From Rebecca billardiae RCC1528 (lineage: Eukaryota; Protista; Haptophyta): a stretch of 64,000 bases of DNA. This document shows, piece by piece, positions 22,539 through 33,070 of the stretch (positions are counted from its first letter, which is position 1; each line of letters starts with the position of its first letter). The stretch covers positions 124,001 through 188,000 of the forward strand of contig OZ251243.1 in assembly GCA_965240325.2 (NCBI GenBank). Direction: 5' to 3'. The notes beneath the pieces are model-generated. The model was given only the letters and a program-made list of their open reading frames with translations. It had not been told where the DNA came from and did no database searches. Position numbers and translations under genes: made by a program.

Positions 22539-23259
22539 TATTGGGTAAACGCGAGCTCCAAGCGTCTCGAGCCCTGCTAAAAGCTCACCGGCACGTCCTC
22601 GGGCGCGTCGTCGGTGACGCCCACGAAGGCAATCTCGACCCTCGCTCCTCTGACGAGCGAAGCTAATCCTCCTGCCGCAACCAACTTTCGGTTGCGCAGG
22701 GTGACACGGCGTTTTGCGGCCCGGCTCGGGAATCTTGTAACCTTCCTGAGCCCCGCTTCCGTGCGTCCGCCAATCGCAGGCGTTACCGACGCACCGCCGT
22801 AAGCTCATCTTTCCCCCAGGTACTCGGTAATGTCATCGGACCTGGGTAAGCTGCGCACGGACCCATGATCCCGGATTCTCGATTCTCAAAACTGAGAATC
22901 CGGGCGTCCATGAATGAAGTGATCGAGTCCGTTGTTCCTTGGACTCTTCCACGATGGCGCCCGCCTGTGCCGCCGGCGTGCCATCCGTGCCGCGTGCGCC
23001 GGGCCGTACCGCCCGCGCACGCGCCGCGTCCGTGTCGCTCCGCGTCCGCGCTGCCGCGTCCGCGCTCCGCGTCCACGTCGCTCCGCGCCAGCGCTGCTGC
23101 GCTCGCGCTCCTGCCGCCGCGCGCGCCGCGCGCGCGCGCCGCCAGAGCCAGCCACTGCGTAGCTGATGCCGCCGGCCCGCCTGGTGCGGCGCCGGCCCTG
23201 ACGTCCCAGCGGCGACGCCATCTGCTGAGATGCGCGCCCCAGGCTGCGTCAGCTCAACA
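22539..23259 (-). repeat. 3' LTR of copia element B
   Basis: Direct repeat of 29192-29912; the ORF track gives identical translations for both copies. Confidence 0.95.
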
Positions 23260-23295
23260 CCCCCCCTCGACAGCCATAGCCGCGAGCTGCGCCGC

Positions 23296-26200
23296 TTACC
23301 GCGCGCGCGTCGGGTGTCGGTCCACCATGATGGCGTCGACGTGCCGCTTGAACGTCGCACCGTCCGTCGCCTTCGTCATGATGTCAGAGTGGTTGAGCGA
23401 GGTGTGTACCTTGACCACCTTCACCTTGCCACCCTCCTGCGCGTCACGCACATAGTGATGCTTGATCTCGATGTGCTTCGAGCGCTTGTGGTGCACAGGA
23501 TTCTCCACGAGGTCGATAGCCCCCTTGTTGTCCTCTCGCACCTCCGTCGCGGCCCGCGGCGGCTGCCGCATGGACTCGAGTATGCTCCGCAAGTAGCTCA
23601 CCTCGCGGCAGCAATCGCTCAGCGCGACGTACTCCGCCTCCGTCGAGCTCAGCGAGACTGTACCTTGCAGCCCGCTGTGCCACGACACCGGCGCCCCATT
23701 GTAGAACACAATGTATCCACCCGTCGACCTGCCCTTGGTCTCCACCGGATTGCTTGCCCAATCGGAGTCAGCGAAAGCAAGTAGGTCGGGGTGCTCGGAA
23801 TCTGTCGCAAACTTGAACAAGATTCCCAATCGCGGGCATCCACGTAAGTAGCGCAGCACGCGCTTCGCACTTACCAGATCCACCGCCCGCGGACATGACA
23901 TGCGTCGCGTCAGCATGTTCACCGCGTGCGCGATGTCCGGCCGCGCCGTGACCATCGCAAACATGAGACATCCCACCATCGCCTGGTAGTTCTCAATCTC
24001 CGCGCGCTGCAGCAACGCCTCGTCGTCGTCGCTCAGCTGCGCCCGCGCCGCCGGCTCCGGCGTGCGCGCCGGCGTGCTTGCGTTCAAACCGAACCGCTGA
24101 AGCACGCTCTCGACGTACGGCCCCAGATGCATCAGGATGCCGTCGTCATGAACTTCAAACACGGCGCCCAGGAACTTATCGAGCCGCTCACTCAGCTTGA
24201 TCTCGTAGTGCTCCTTCAGGTCAGCCGCCAGCTTCTCCACCGCGCGCGCGTCGCGCGTCAGGTTGAGAAACAGCAAGTCGTCGACAAAGCCGCCCGCGAT
24301 GATGAACTCGCCCGGCGCCGACTCCTTGACGTAGATGCACGGCGCACTCGGACACTCCGAGAAGCCGCGCGCGAGCAGCTGGGTGCGGTGCGTGCGATGC
24401 CACGCGCGCCCAGACTGGCGTAGGCCCGGATACGCCTTCAGGCTCCGGCCCACGACTTTGTACCCCGGCGGCGCCTGCGTGCTCGGCACGTAGCCCGGCG
24501 GGAATGAGAAGAGAGGCCGCTCATCCGGCTTCAACTCCGAGTTGAGGTACGCGTCCTTGACGTCGCCCTTCGACAGTATGCCCAGCGCCGCAACCGACGC
24601 TGCACCCAAGTCGACCCTCGCGCCCGCCTGCTGAGCGGCGATCGCAACGAGTAGTCGCACTTGTTCCGGCCGGATCGTCGGAGCAAAGACCTCCTGAAAG
24701 TCGATCCCCGGCCGCTGTAGGTTCCCCAGTAGCACCGACCGCGCCTTGAAGCGCGTCACCTCGCCCTCCGGGTTCGACTTGACGTCAAAGACCCATTGGC
24801 TCGGCAACACCCGCGTGCCCTCCGGAACCACCACCTCTTCCGAGGTGCCGAGCAACTTGTGACCTTCCAAGTGCTCGAGCATGGCGCCCTGCCACTGGGG
24901 CGCCTCCGCCGACCGCATCGCCTCGCGATAGTTCGTCGGCACCTTCACGTTGATCTTCTGGAACACCGACGCGGCGCTGACGACGGCAGTAAGCAGCTGC
25001 GGCCGTCGGCGCGACGTCCGATCCCTGCGAAGCGGATCGTGTCCCATATCCAGACCGGGCGGCGGCGCGTCCTCGATCACGCCGTCGTCACCGTCTGCGC
25101 CGCGCGGCGGCCCGCCAGCATCTGCTGCGGCCCCGCGCCGTGATTCCGTCGGCGGTATCTGATCCTGCCGACCCGGCTGCGTCATCGACGCGCCTGCCCC
25201 GTCACGCCCGCCCTGCGGCGTCGGCGTCGACGGCTCTGCGCCAGCGCTGCTGCACCCGCGATGTCCCGCGTCCACGCTGCTGCGCCCGCGCCCCGACGTT
25301 GACGCATCTGCGTCGTCGTCGTACCCGACGTCGAACTCTGTCGCGTCGTCATTCCCGGCGTCGGCTGGCGTCTCGCCGCCGTCGCCGTCCTCGTCCTCAC
25401 AGTCGGCGTCACCACCGACCGGACGAAGTCCGCCGCTTACCGCGGCGCCGTCACCATCACCCACGTACGCGCCACCGTCAGGTGCGCCCAGCGACGAGTG
25501 CCCCCCCTCGACCAGGTCGGTCTCGTCGATGCGTACATCACGTGAGTGAACGAGACGTCCGTCGTCTAAACGACATACGTACCCAAGCACGTAGCGCCAT
25601 GTACCGCGCCACTGCACGCCGTGCCCACCCCAGAGATAGACACGTCCGGGTAGTGCGCGCTGCTTCAGCTGCCCCAATGCATTGCGCCGTGCGCCCAGCA
25701 TCAGCACGCGGCAGCGCGCGCCAAACGCCACGTGATGCTTCCACGTCGGACGTTTGCCAAAGAACAGCTCATCCGGCGTGAGCCACTCAATGTCTCCATC
25801 GTCACGAACGATACCACGTGACGCCAGTCGATTGCGCGACGCGCATGCGTGCCACGCCGCGTAGTGCCAATCGACCCTCGAGACTCCACGCGCAACGACC
25901 GTGGCGCGCAGTCTCGACTTCAGCGTGCGGATAGCGCGTTCCGCCACGCCATTCGAGCTCGGCGAGTCGGGCGCCGACGTGACCGTCGACGAGAACCCAA
26001 GCTTCGCCAGCTCACCCTCGACGTACGTACTCAGCAACGTCGAGCCACCGTCGGTGTGAATATGGCGTCGCGCCATAGTACACCCCGACGCCAGGACCCA
26101 ATGCGACATGTGCATGGCCCCTGTTCCAAGCAACTGCGCGTACCAGCGGAATGCCCGACCAACCTCGGCGTCATCCAAGCTGCGTAGCGCGTACACTTGC

Positions 26201-26580
26201 CATCGACGTGAATGCCCATCGATGAATATGATCCCATGAGGATACCCTCCACGTGCGCCATCGGCCCCAACTGGTAAGTCGATGCGCGCCATAGAGAAGA
26301 TGTCGACGTGCGTCACCTGCCCAGGGTAGTGCGCCGTCGGCATCGCGTCCGCGAACGACCGCCGCGTCATGCCCGCCGCCGACTGCTCGTCGAGCGACTC
26401 ACGCCGCGCGTTCGCCCCCTCCATCCCCTCGGCCACGCGTCGCGTGCGCTCGAGTAGACGTTGGTCATTGGTGCCCGTTCGAACCGACCAAGTGCGCAAC
26501 CACGCCGGATCAGCGCCTCGCGCCGCCTCCGTAGTGTTTGTGGTTCGCACCTGCGCGGGTTCCGGGCTTAGGCGTTTGGG
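23296..26580 (-). CDS. pol: Copia B ORF2: integrase-RT-RNase H, entered by a predicted -1 frameshift
   Basis: IN (THVDI, HTDGG, NGVAERAIRTL), RT (FKARSV, FVDDLL), RNase H (FADSDWA, SSTEAEY, EDNKG, DIMTKA); in the -1 frame relative to ORF1. Confidence 0.93.
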   Translation of the reverse strand, partial: PKRLSPEPAQVRTTNTTEAARGADPAWLRTWSVRTGTNDQRLLERTRRVAEGMEGANARRESLDEQSAAGMTRRSFADAMPTAHYPGQVTHVDIFSMARIDLPVGADGARGGYPHGIIFIDGHSRRWQVYALRSLDDAEVGRAFRWYAQLLGTGAMHMSHWVLASGCTMARRHIHTDGGSTLLSTYVEGELAKLGFSSTVTSAPDSPSSNGVAERAIRTLKSRLRATVVARGVSRVDWHYAAWHACASRNRLASRGIVRDDGDIEWLTPDELFFGKRPTWKHHVAFGARCRVLMLGARRNALGQLKQRALPGRVYLWGGHGVQWRGTWRYVLGYVCRLDDGRLVHSRDVRIDETDLVEGGHSSLGAPDGGAYVGDGDGAAVSGGLRPVGGDADCEDEDGDGGETPADAGNDDATEFDVGYDDDADASTSGRGRSSVDAGHRGCSSAGAEPSTPTPQGGRDGAGASMTQPGRQDQIPPTESRRGAAADAGGPPRGADGDDGVIEDAPPPGLDMGHDPLRRDRTSRRRPQLLTAVVSAASVFQKINVKVPTNYREAMRSAEAPQWQGAMLEHLEGHKLLGTSEEVVVPEGTRVLPSQWVFDVKSNPEGEVTRFKARSVLLGNLQRPGIDFQEVFAPTIRPEQVRLLVAIAAQQAGARVDLGAASVAALGILSKGDVKDAYLNSELKPDERPLFSFPPGYVPSTQAPPGYKVVGRSLKAYPGLRQSGRAWHRTHRTQLLARGFSECPSAPCIYVKESAPGEFIIAGGFVDDLLFLNLTRDARAVEKLAADLKEHYEIKLSERLDKFLGAVFEVHDDGILMHLGPYVESVLQRFGLNASTPARTPEPAARAQLSDDDEALLQRAEIENYQAMVGCLMFAMVTARPDIAHAVNMLTRRMSCPRAVDLVSAKRVLRYLRGCPRLGILFKFATDSEHPDLLAFADSDWASNPVETKGRSTGGYIVFYNGAPVSWHSGLQGTVSLSSTEAEYVALSDCCREVSYLRSILESMRQPPRAATEVREDNKGAIDLVENPVHHKRSKHIEIKHHYVRDAQEGGKVKVVKVHTSLNHSDIMTKATDGATFKRHVDAIMVDRHPTRAR
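26489..26580 (-). promoter_or_regulatory. Predicted -1 frameshift signal of copia B (C CCA AAC plus pseudoknot-like structure)
   Basis: Minus strand reads CCC CCA AAC GCC TAA GCCCGGA. CCGGA(26565-61) can pair with TCCGG(26509-05), and CAGGTGCGAACCAC(26553-40) with GTGGTTGCGCACTTG(26503-26489). Confidence 0.8.
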
Positions 26581-29192
26581 GGCGGCGCAGCGCCAATGCG
26601 CCCCCGCCCCGCGCCCACGCGCCGCACTGGCGCCCTGCGCCGTGCGCGCGCCTCCGCCGGCGCATCGCCGACGTCTGGCCCCACCTGGCGCCGTACGATC
26701 TCGGCGCGCAGCGTGGAATCGCGCGGCAGCTGCACGACGCCGCCTCCCAGCGCCGTAAAGTCCGCAGTGTTGCCGCGCTGCGAGTAGTGGAACTCGATGC
26801 CTGCGTCCGCGCAGTGCTCGACCGACAGCAGCGGCGCCGTGACGCGCTGCGACGCCCACGCCTCGATCTCGAGCGTGAGGACCTTGTCGCTGTCGTCGTC
26901 CGCCGCAAGCTTGACCACCAGGGTCCCGCGGTGAGTGACCTGCTCCCGCGCACCGTTCCCCCACTCGATCTGGCATGCGCCGTGCACCGGGGTAAGGTTC
27001 GTCAAATCCTCGGTCATGGCGATGTTCTTCCGTGCGCCAGTGTCAAACACCAACGCCCGCGTGTTGTCCTCCGGCTGCGCCACGCGTGCCTCGGCCGCCC
27101 GCGCCGCGACGATCTCGATGTCCTCGTCGCGCTGCGCCCTGCCGCCGATAGCCGCGCCAATAGGCGCCAAGCCGAGTCCGGCGCCGGTGCCGCCGCCGTC
27201 TCCGGCGTCTGCGCCACCGTCGCCACCAACGGCGCCGTCGGGCTCGTCACCCTGCTCGGGAGCGAACGCGACCTGCGTGCGGACCGTGCCGCCGCCGTTG
27301 CCATTACCGACCACGGCGCGGGTGCTGCCCCCCGCACCGCCGCCGCCACCGCCACCGCCGCTCCGATGTGAGCCACGGCTGCGATCCGACCGCGTCGACG
27401 CCGCGTCATCGCCAGCGTTCGAGTCGCGATCAGCCTGCGTCACCTGCGGGCAGTAACGCTTGATGTGCCCCACGGCGCCGCACTTGTAGCAGCGCGGCCC
27501 GTGCGCGTCGTCGGAGTCGCCGTGGCCTCCGCGGCCGGTGCCGCGGCCAGCACCGCCGCCACCGCCGCCGCCGCGACCTCCGCCGCCGCCACCACGGCCA
27601 GCCGGCGACGTCGCGTCGCCGCCGCCGCCACCACCCGCCGACGCCGCCGCCGCCTGCGCCAGGCGGAGCCCGTCGATTGGGTGCGCGCGGGTAGCGCCGC
27701 CGCCTCCTGGCGTGCGGCCACCCGCCCCTGGGCGCCCAGGGCCGCCGCGGTCAATCCGCTTGCCCTTGGAGAAGTCCCAGTCCTCGAACTTGCCGTTGAG
27801 CTCGTGCACGAGCTCCTGCACGTCGAAGTTCGTCACGGTCCTGTAGTCCTTCGACTCGTACCGCGTCCGCATCTCGATGCCCGCGCCCACCGACGGAATG
27901 AACTCGATGAGCCGCGCAAGCATCTCCGCCGCTGGCGCTGCGTCACTCAGCTCCTGCAGCAGCACGTGGTTGTGCTGTAGCACCTGGAAGAGCTCGAGTG
28001 CGCCGACGCCGTCCTTGCCGCAGTCCGGCAGGACCGTCCGATGCCAGCGTGCCCGCACCGACATGTACTTCCGCATGTCGTCGGGCTTGCGCATGCGCAG
28101 GATCGCCTTCCACAGGTACAGAAACTCGCGCCCCGGCGTAAGTGCGCCCCGGCGCGCGCGCTCCTCCTGCACCTCCGGCTGCGTCTCCATGAGGCGGTTG
28201 ATGTGCTGCCACGCAGCCTCCGTCACCCACGACCGCAGCTCGGTGCGTAAGAAAGCCGTCCCTTTCTCGTACTGCGCCCCGGCGTACTTGGCGGGGTCCG
28301 CCTCGTCGCCGTCCGGCGCTGCCTCCAACACGCTCTGTCGGAGCTTGATGTCCAGCATAGCATGCTCGCTCGCCTGCCGCTCATGCATCTGCTCCTCGGT
28401 CTCGCGCTCGCGGCGGTAGAGCTCGCGCGCGCGCGGATCGAGCGTCACGGCAGCGCCACCCGTGGGCGCCGCGCCACCGATCCCGCCGGCGCCGCCCGTA
28501 GGCACCGCGCCGACGCCGGCGCCGCCCACAGGCGTCGCGCCGTCAGTCCCAGCCGGCGCACCTGCCGCGCCGCCTGTGCCCACACCCGGACCGGGTGTAC
28601 CGGCCGCCGGACCCGGAAAAATTCCGGATCCGCCGCCCGCCGCCGGACCTGAACCCGGTCCGGTCGCCGTCGGGCCGCCCGGAGTGGCTAAACCACTCCC
28701 AGCGCCCGCCGAGGCAGCCTGCGCGTAGCTTGGCGCCTGCCTCGCCCCCGCCGCCGCCGCCGCGCGTTCCGCCGCGGCCCGGCGCTCGGCGTGCTCGCGG
28801 CGCTCGTGCTCGTGGCGATGATCGAGCAGCCGCTGCTGCAGCGCGTAGTTCTCACGCGCCAGGTCCATCCGCTCGGCACTGACCTTGATCATCTTCGCCG
28901 CGGATGGGTTGAATGTCTCCCACGTCGAGTTGTACTCCTCGAGCGTGTTGATGCGGTGCTCCGCGTTCGGGCCGTGCGTCACGATGATGCCGTTCAGTGC
29001 GGACATCGTAGCACCTTGCCCCGCCGGTAGCGCCGCCAGCTTGCTCGCCGATTGCGCGAGCCAGCGCTGCTGATTGCCCTTGTCGTTGAGCATCCCCACG
29101 TCGACCGAGCCGTGCATCCGGCCGCTCGTGCCCATCGGCGCGATCGATGAGAAAGCGCCGCGCGTACGATCCCTCCCGATCGCTGCATGCAT
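26568..29192 (-). CDS. gag: Copia B ORF1: Gag plus protease (874 aa)
   Basis: CCHC knuckle CYKCGAVGHIKRYC, protease motif LVFDTGA and later PLLSVE. Ends PPPNA*. Confidence 0.9.
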   Translation of the reverse strand: MHAAIGRDRTRGAFSSIAPMGTSGRMHGSVDVGMLNDKGNQQRWLAQSASKLAALPAGQGATMSALNGIIVTHGPNAEHRINTLEEYNSTWETFNPSAAKMIKVSAERMDLARENYALQQRLLDHRHEHERREHAERRAAAERAAAAAGARQAPSYAQAASAGAGSGLATPGGPTATGPGSGPAAGGGSGIFPGPAAGTPGPGVGTGGAAGAPAGTDGATPVGGAGVGAVPTGGAGGIGGAAPTGGAAVTLDPRARELYRRERETEEQMHERQASEHAMLDIKLRQSVLEAAPDGDEADPAKYAGAQYEKGTAFLRTELRSWVTEAAWQHINRLMETQPEVQEERARRGALTPGREFLYLWKAILRMRKPDDMRKYMSVRARWHRTVLPDCGKDGVGALELFQVLQHNHVLLQELSDAAPAAEMLARLIEFIPSVGAGIEMRTRYESKDYRTVTNFDVQELVHELNGKFEDWDFSKGKRIDRGGPGRPGAGGRTPGGGGATRAHPIDGLRLAQAAAASAGGGGGGDATSPAGRGGGGGGRGGGGGGGAGRGTGRGGHGDSDDAHGPRCYKCGAVGHIKRYCPQVTQADRDSNAGDDAASTRSDRSRGSHRSGGGGGGGGAGGSTRAVVGNGNGGGTVRTQVAFAPEQGDEPDGAVGGDGGADAGDGGGTGAGLGLAPIGAAIGGRAQRDEDIEIVAARAAEARVAQPEDNTRALVFDTGARKNIAMTEDLTNLTPVHGACQIEWGNGAREQVTHRGTLVVKLAADDDSDKVLTLEIEAWASQRVTAPLLSVEHCADAGIEFHYSQRGNTADFTALGGGVVQLPRDSTLRAEIVRRQVGPDVGDAPAEARARRRAPVRRVGAGRGRIGAAPPPNA

Positions 29193-29912
29193 ATTGGGTA
29201 AACGCGAGCTCCAAGCGTCTCGAGCCCTGCTAAAAGCTCACCGGCACGTCCTCGGGCGCGTCGTCGGTGACGCCCACGAAGGCAATCTCGACCCTCGCTC
29301 CTCTGACGAGCGAAGCTAATCCTCCTGCCGCAACCAACTTTCGGTTGCGCAGGGTGACACGGCGTTTTGCGGCCCGGCTCGGGAATCTTGTAACCTTCCT
29401 GAGCCCCGCTTCCGTGCGTCCGCCAATCGCAGGCGTTACCGACGCACCGCCGTAAGCTCATCTTTCCCCCAGGTACTCGGTAATGTCATCGGACCTGGGT
29501 AAGCTGCGCACGGACCCATGATCCCGGATTCTCGATTCTCAAAACTGAGAATCCGGGCGTCCATGAATGAAGTGATCGAGTCCGTTGTTCCTTGGACTCT
29601 TCCACGATGGCGCCCGCCTGTGCCGCCGGCGTGCCATCCGTGCCGCGTGCGCCGGGCCGTACCGCCCGCGCACGCGCCGCGTCCGTGTCGCTCCGCGTCC
29701 GCGCTGCCGCGTCCGCGCTCCGCGTCCACGTCGCTCCGCGCCAGCGCTGCTGCGCTCGCGCTCCTGCCGCCGCGCGCGCCGCGCGCGCGCGCCGCCAGAG
29801 CCAGCCACTGCGTAGCTGATGCCGCCGGCCCGCCTGGTGCGGCGCCGGCCCTGACGTCCCAGCGGCGACGCCATCTGCTGAGATGCGCGCCCCAGGCTGC
29901 GTCAGCTCAACA
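29192..29912 (-). repeat. 5' LTR of copia element B (TG...TA in element orientation)
   Basis: Minus strand TGTTGAGCTGACG...GTTTACCCAATA, followed directly by the gag ORF. Confidence 0.93.
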
Positions 29913-30766
29913 CCTATTGCTTTCGCCGCTGTCCGCAGGCGAACGCAAGCCGCCGGGTACGTATGTCCGTTTTCCCCCGGCGCTATTGGTCTAACGAGCA
30001 GTAACGACCTATCAGTTTACTGGTGCCGTTTGCTTTTGCACCTGTGTGGGACGACTCCCGCACCGCCCGCTCGTCCGCACGGACGACGCTGCTGACGACG
30101 TCCGCAGGGACACTGTGATAAGCCCCTGCGTGACCGGGGAACTGGTAAGGCGGAATAAACATCATATATGGATGCCGATATTCAGGATTTGCCATTATTT
30201 GTCGCCTGATGAGGAATGGGTTGGATGTGATGGGAGCGAGTGAATCGACAATCTTGCAATAATTCATGACCGCCCCGTGCCTCGCTTGTTTTGGCGCCCG
30301 CGCTCATGATAAAAGCTCGCATACGATCGTTCAAGATTGCGACGGTCTCCACTCTCCAATACCCACCCGATGCGAACGTATTCTGTGAGCGCCGCGACGG
30401 TGTGCCGGGGATCGGACGATCAGATTGTCCCGGTGCGCCAATCTACAGCGACTGCATGCAGGCTGATGTGCGCCGTGCGTGTGCGTGCCGTCACACCGTA
30501 GGCGAGTTGGTGTGCGCTTGCGGTCGGTGACCTGTGGGGCGGGGTATTACGGATCATCGCAACGCCGCCTGCTTAGCGGCCGTGCGAGCAATCGCGTGTC
30601 AGCCAGTGGCGGCACGTGTGTCGGTCTGCCGACTGATGCATCACCTGTGCTTTTTATTCTGAGTATATTCATGATATGTATTATAAATATAAATATTTAT
30701 ATATTATAACAAATTGCTCTGTGTTGCGACGCACTGAGCACGACATCATCCCGCGAATCGACGACA

Positions 30767-32526
30767 TCAATGCTGCGCGCGCGCGCCGTACACATCGTCG
30801 CCGACCCAGTCGGCCGGCCGGGGCTCGGAGACGAACCGCGGGGCGCCGCGGACCGTGTGCGTCGCCGCGCGCTGTGCGGCCGGCCTGATCAAGGTCTCGT
30901 CCATCGCGCCGCAGAACTGACCGACCAGCAACAGCGTGGCCAGCTCAGCCGAGAACAGCATGCTTGGGAAGTTGTTCTTCACCGCGCGCTCGTGCGTGAG
31001 CTCGAGGTCCACGGCGCGCTGCGCGAGCGATGCGGGCACGCTGCCCGACTTCTCGAAGGCCATGTCGTGCACGCGGCAGCGCTCGAGGCGCGCGCGGAAG
31101 GTGCCCGCCCGGTGGAGCTGCGGCGCGATGCCCGGCGCGAGGGCCCCCGCGCGCTCGAGCTTCCCCTCGTGCGCGATGTGGTTGACCGGGGCGATCGCCT
31201 CGTCGCGCGCGCGCGAGGCGCGGCCCGCGGCGTCAAGCAGGCCGTGCGCGGCGATCAACCACGCCGCGCCGCGCACGACCTCGTGCTGCTGCACCATCGA
31301 GCCGTCCCCGCCGGGCCGCGCGGCGAGCGGCACGCTGCGCGTGTACGCGATCGTCGGGTCGCGAATGCCGCACGCGCCGCACACGTGCATCGTGACCGCG
31401 CCGTCCGCGCGCGCGAACGCCCCCGTGACGCGCGCCACGTCCGCGTCGGTGAGCTCCGCGCACGCGCGAATGTCCGCCTTGACCTCCACGACCGTGGCGG
31501 CGTGATCCGGCGCGTCGGGCGGGCGCGCGGCGAGGCGCATGCTGTTCGCCACGCGGAAGCCGCCCGTCGACGCGTGGTAGTCGTGCAGCAGCTGCAGCTC
31601 TGGCCGGCGCGTGGGGTTGCGCGTGCGTCGTGCGCGCTGCTGCCGCCGCGCGCCGTGTTGGCGCGCGACCGCGTCGGTCGCGGCGGGGTCGCGCGCCACG
31701 CGCGGGGCGGCTCGTTGCGCGCGGCGTGTGTCGCGACGCTCCGCGTTGCGCGCCTCGTCCACGTCGTTCAGCGTGCTCGCCAGCCGCGCGCGCAGCTGCG
31801 CGAGGCACGCGTCGAGCGCCGCCGGCGTCTCGCAGCTTGGGTGCGAGGCCGCGGGCGCGCGCGCGCCCGAACGCGTGGCGTCGTGCGGCTGCACGGCGAG
31901 ACGCGCCAGCTCGACAAACGGCTCGTCGCGCAGTTCGGACGCGCGCAGCCCGGCGACGCGCTCGTCCCAGCGCGCGACGTGTTTGGACAGCGCGTCCGAA
32001 ATGCGCGCGCCGCCCGCGTCGCCCACGCCGCGGTACCGGCGAATGAGAATGGCCAGGGCTGCACGCACGTTGGCGAACTGCGCTCACGCCGCCGCGCTCC
32101 GCTTCCTCATCTGCACGACACACGCCGCGTACAGCACGAACAAATCGATCTCGTGCACGACATCGCCAGCCGACGCGGCCATGTCGAGCACGGCGGTGAA
32201 GACACTCTCGTCGCCCTCGTCGAGGCGGGAGTTTGGGGAAGGGCGTAAAGGCGGTACCGGGTAGGGGGTACCGTAAGATCGCCGCCAGATTTGTGGGAAT
32301 CGCAACGACATCCCTATAGCGCGCGCTCAAAAAGGTAACGACATGCGTTCTCGATTCCCGAGGCGTGCCTAATCAAAAAACGTTTGAGGCCCCATTCTTC
32401 GTATTCCTACTCCGGTATTACTTTGGACAGCAGTAGGTGACACCCAATTAAAGGGGGTCGGAGCTGGGTCTCCCAGGGCTTTGTCACGAATTAAAATTGT
32501 TTAAAGCTGTGTTCACCAGAATTAGA
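30767..32526 (-). pseudogene. Probable Helitron-like remnant: disrupted ORF with a candidate 5' TC terminus
   Basis: GC3-rich minus frame from ATG 32182 with one in-frame TGA (32084-32086). Contains LLHDYHASTGGFR and MHVCGACGIRD, resembling the N-terminal CxxC region of Helitron RepHel. A|TCTAATT at 32527/32526 fits a Helitron 5' end. No Rep/helicase core or CTRR 3' end found. Confidence 0.4.
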
Positions 32527-33070
32527 TGCGATTATTTTATGATAGACAGTCTGCGCGTCAGCGGGTCGGCCCAGCAGCGCAGCGGCACTTGCGTGCTGGG
32601 CCGCGGTCGCGGCGCCACTGCGGGCGCCGCGCCCCACGGCGCCGCCCCGCGCCGCCGCGTGGCGCCGTCAGGCCGCGTGGTCAGCGCGGGCGGCACCGCC
32701 AGGTGAGTGCCGTCCGGTCGGAAAGCGAAGTTCCGGCGTGATGTCGCTCGCAACCCGTGCCCGATAGGCGAGTAGTCGGACACACCACGCCGTGCGGGGC
32801 AGCCTGCAGCGGCGCAGCGGCCACGTCAGAGGACCCGCGGAGATGCACTGAGAGACCGAGTCAGACTGCCGACCGGCCGCGCAGTCCGTGAAGGGCGCAT
32901 TGCGAGGCCAGCGTTGCTCAGTGCGTCGTCGCGCCGAGCACGGGGGCGGGCCGTCAACGCCGCAGCGGGTAGGAGTGCATACCGGGCGGAGGGTGCGGAC
33001 GTGCGGCCCAGGTGCGTGCGTGCATCACACTCGCGAGGTTGGAGACAGCGGCGATCGGCAGTCGGAGTCA

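Larger units (their letters stand above)
22539..29912 (-). mobile_element. Ty1/copia LTR retrotransposon 'B', full length, inserted in reverse orientation into the 3' LTR of element A
   Basis: LTRs 29192-29912 and 22539-23259 (721 bp each, apparently identical). TSD CCTAT at 22534-22538 and 29913-29917. PPT GAGGGGGGG on the minus strand at 23260-23268. Order Gag-PR-IN-RT-RH. Confidence 0.97.
16681..30164 (+). mobile_element. Ty1/copia LTR retrotransposon 'A', full length; its 3' LTR is interrupted by element B
   Basis: 5' LTR 16681-17081 (401 bp, TG...CA). 3' LTR 22385-22538 plus 29918-30164 (401 bp; one mismatch seen). TSD TATAT at 16676-16680 and 30165-30169. PPT GAGGGGGGG at 22376-22384. 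Domain order Gag-PR-IN-RT-RH. Confidence 0.97.

Noticed and set aside
22392-23260. Duplicated short ORFs at 22.4-23.2 kb and 29.0-29.9 kb
   Set aside because: They are translations of the two LTR copies, not genes.
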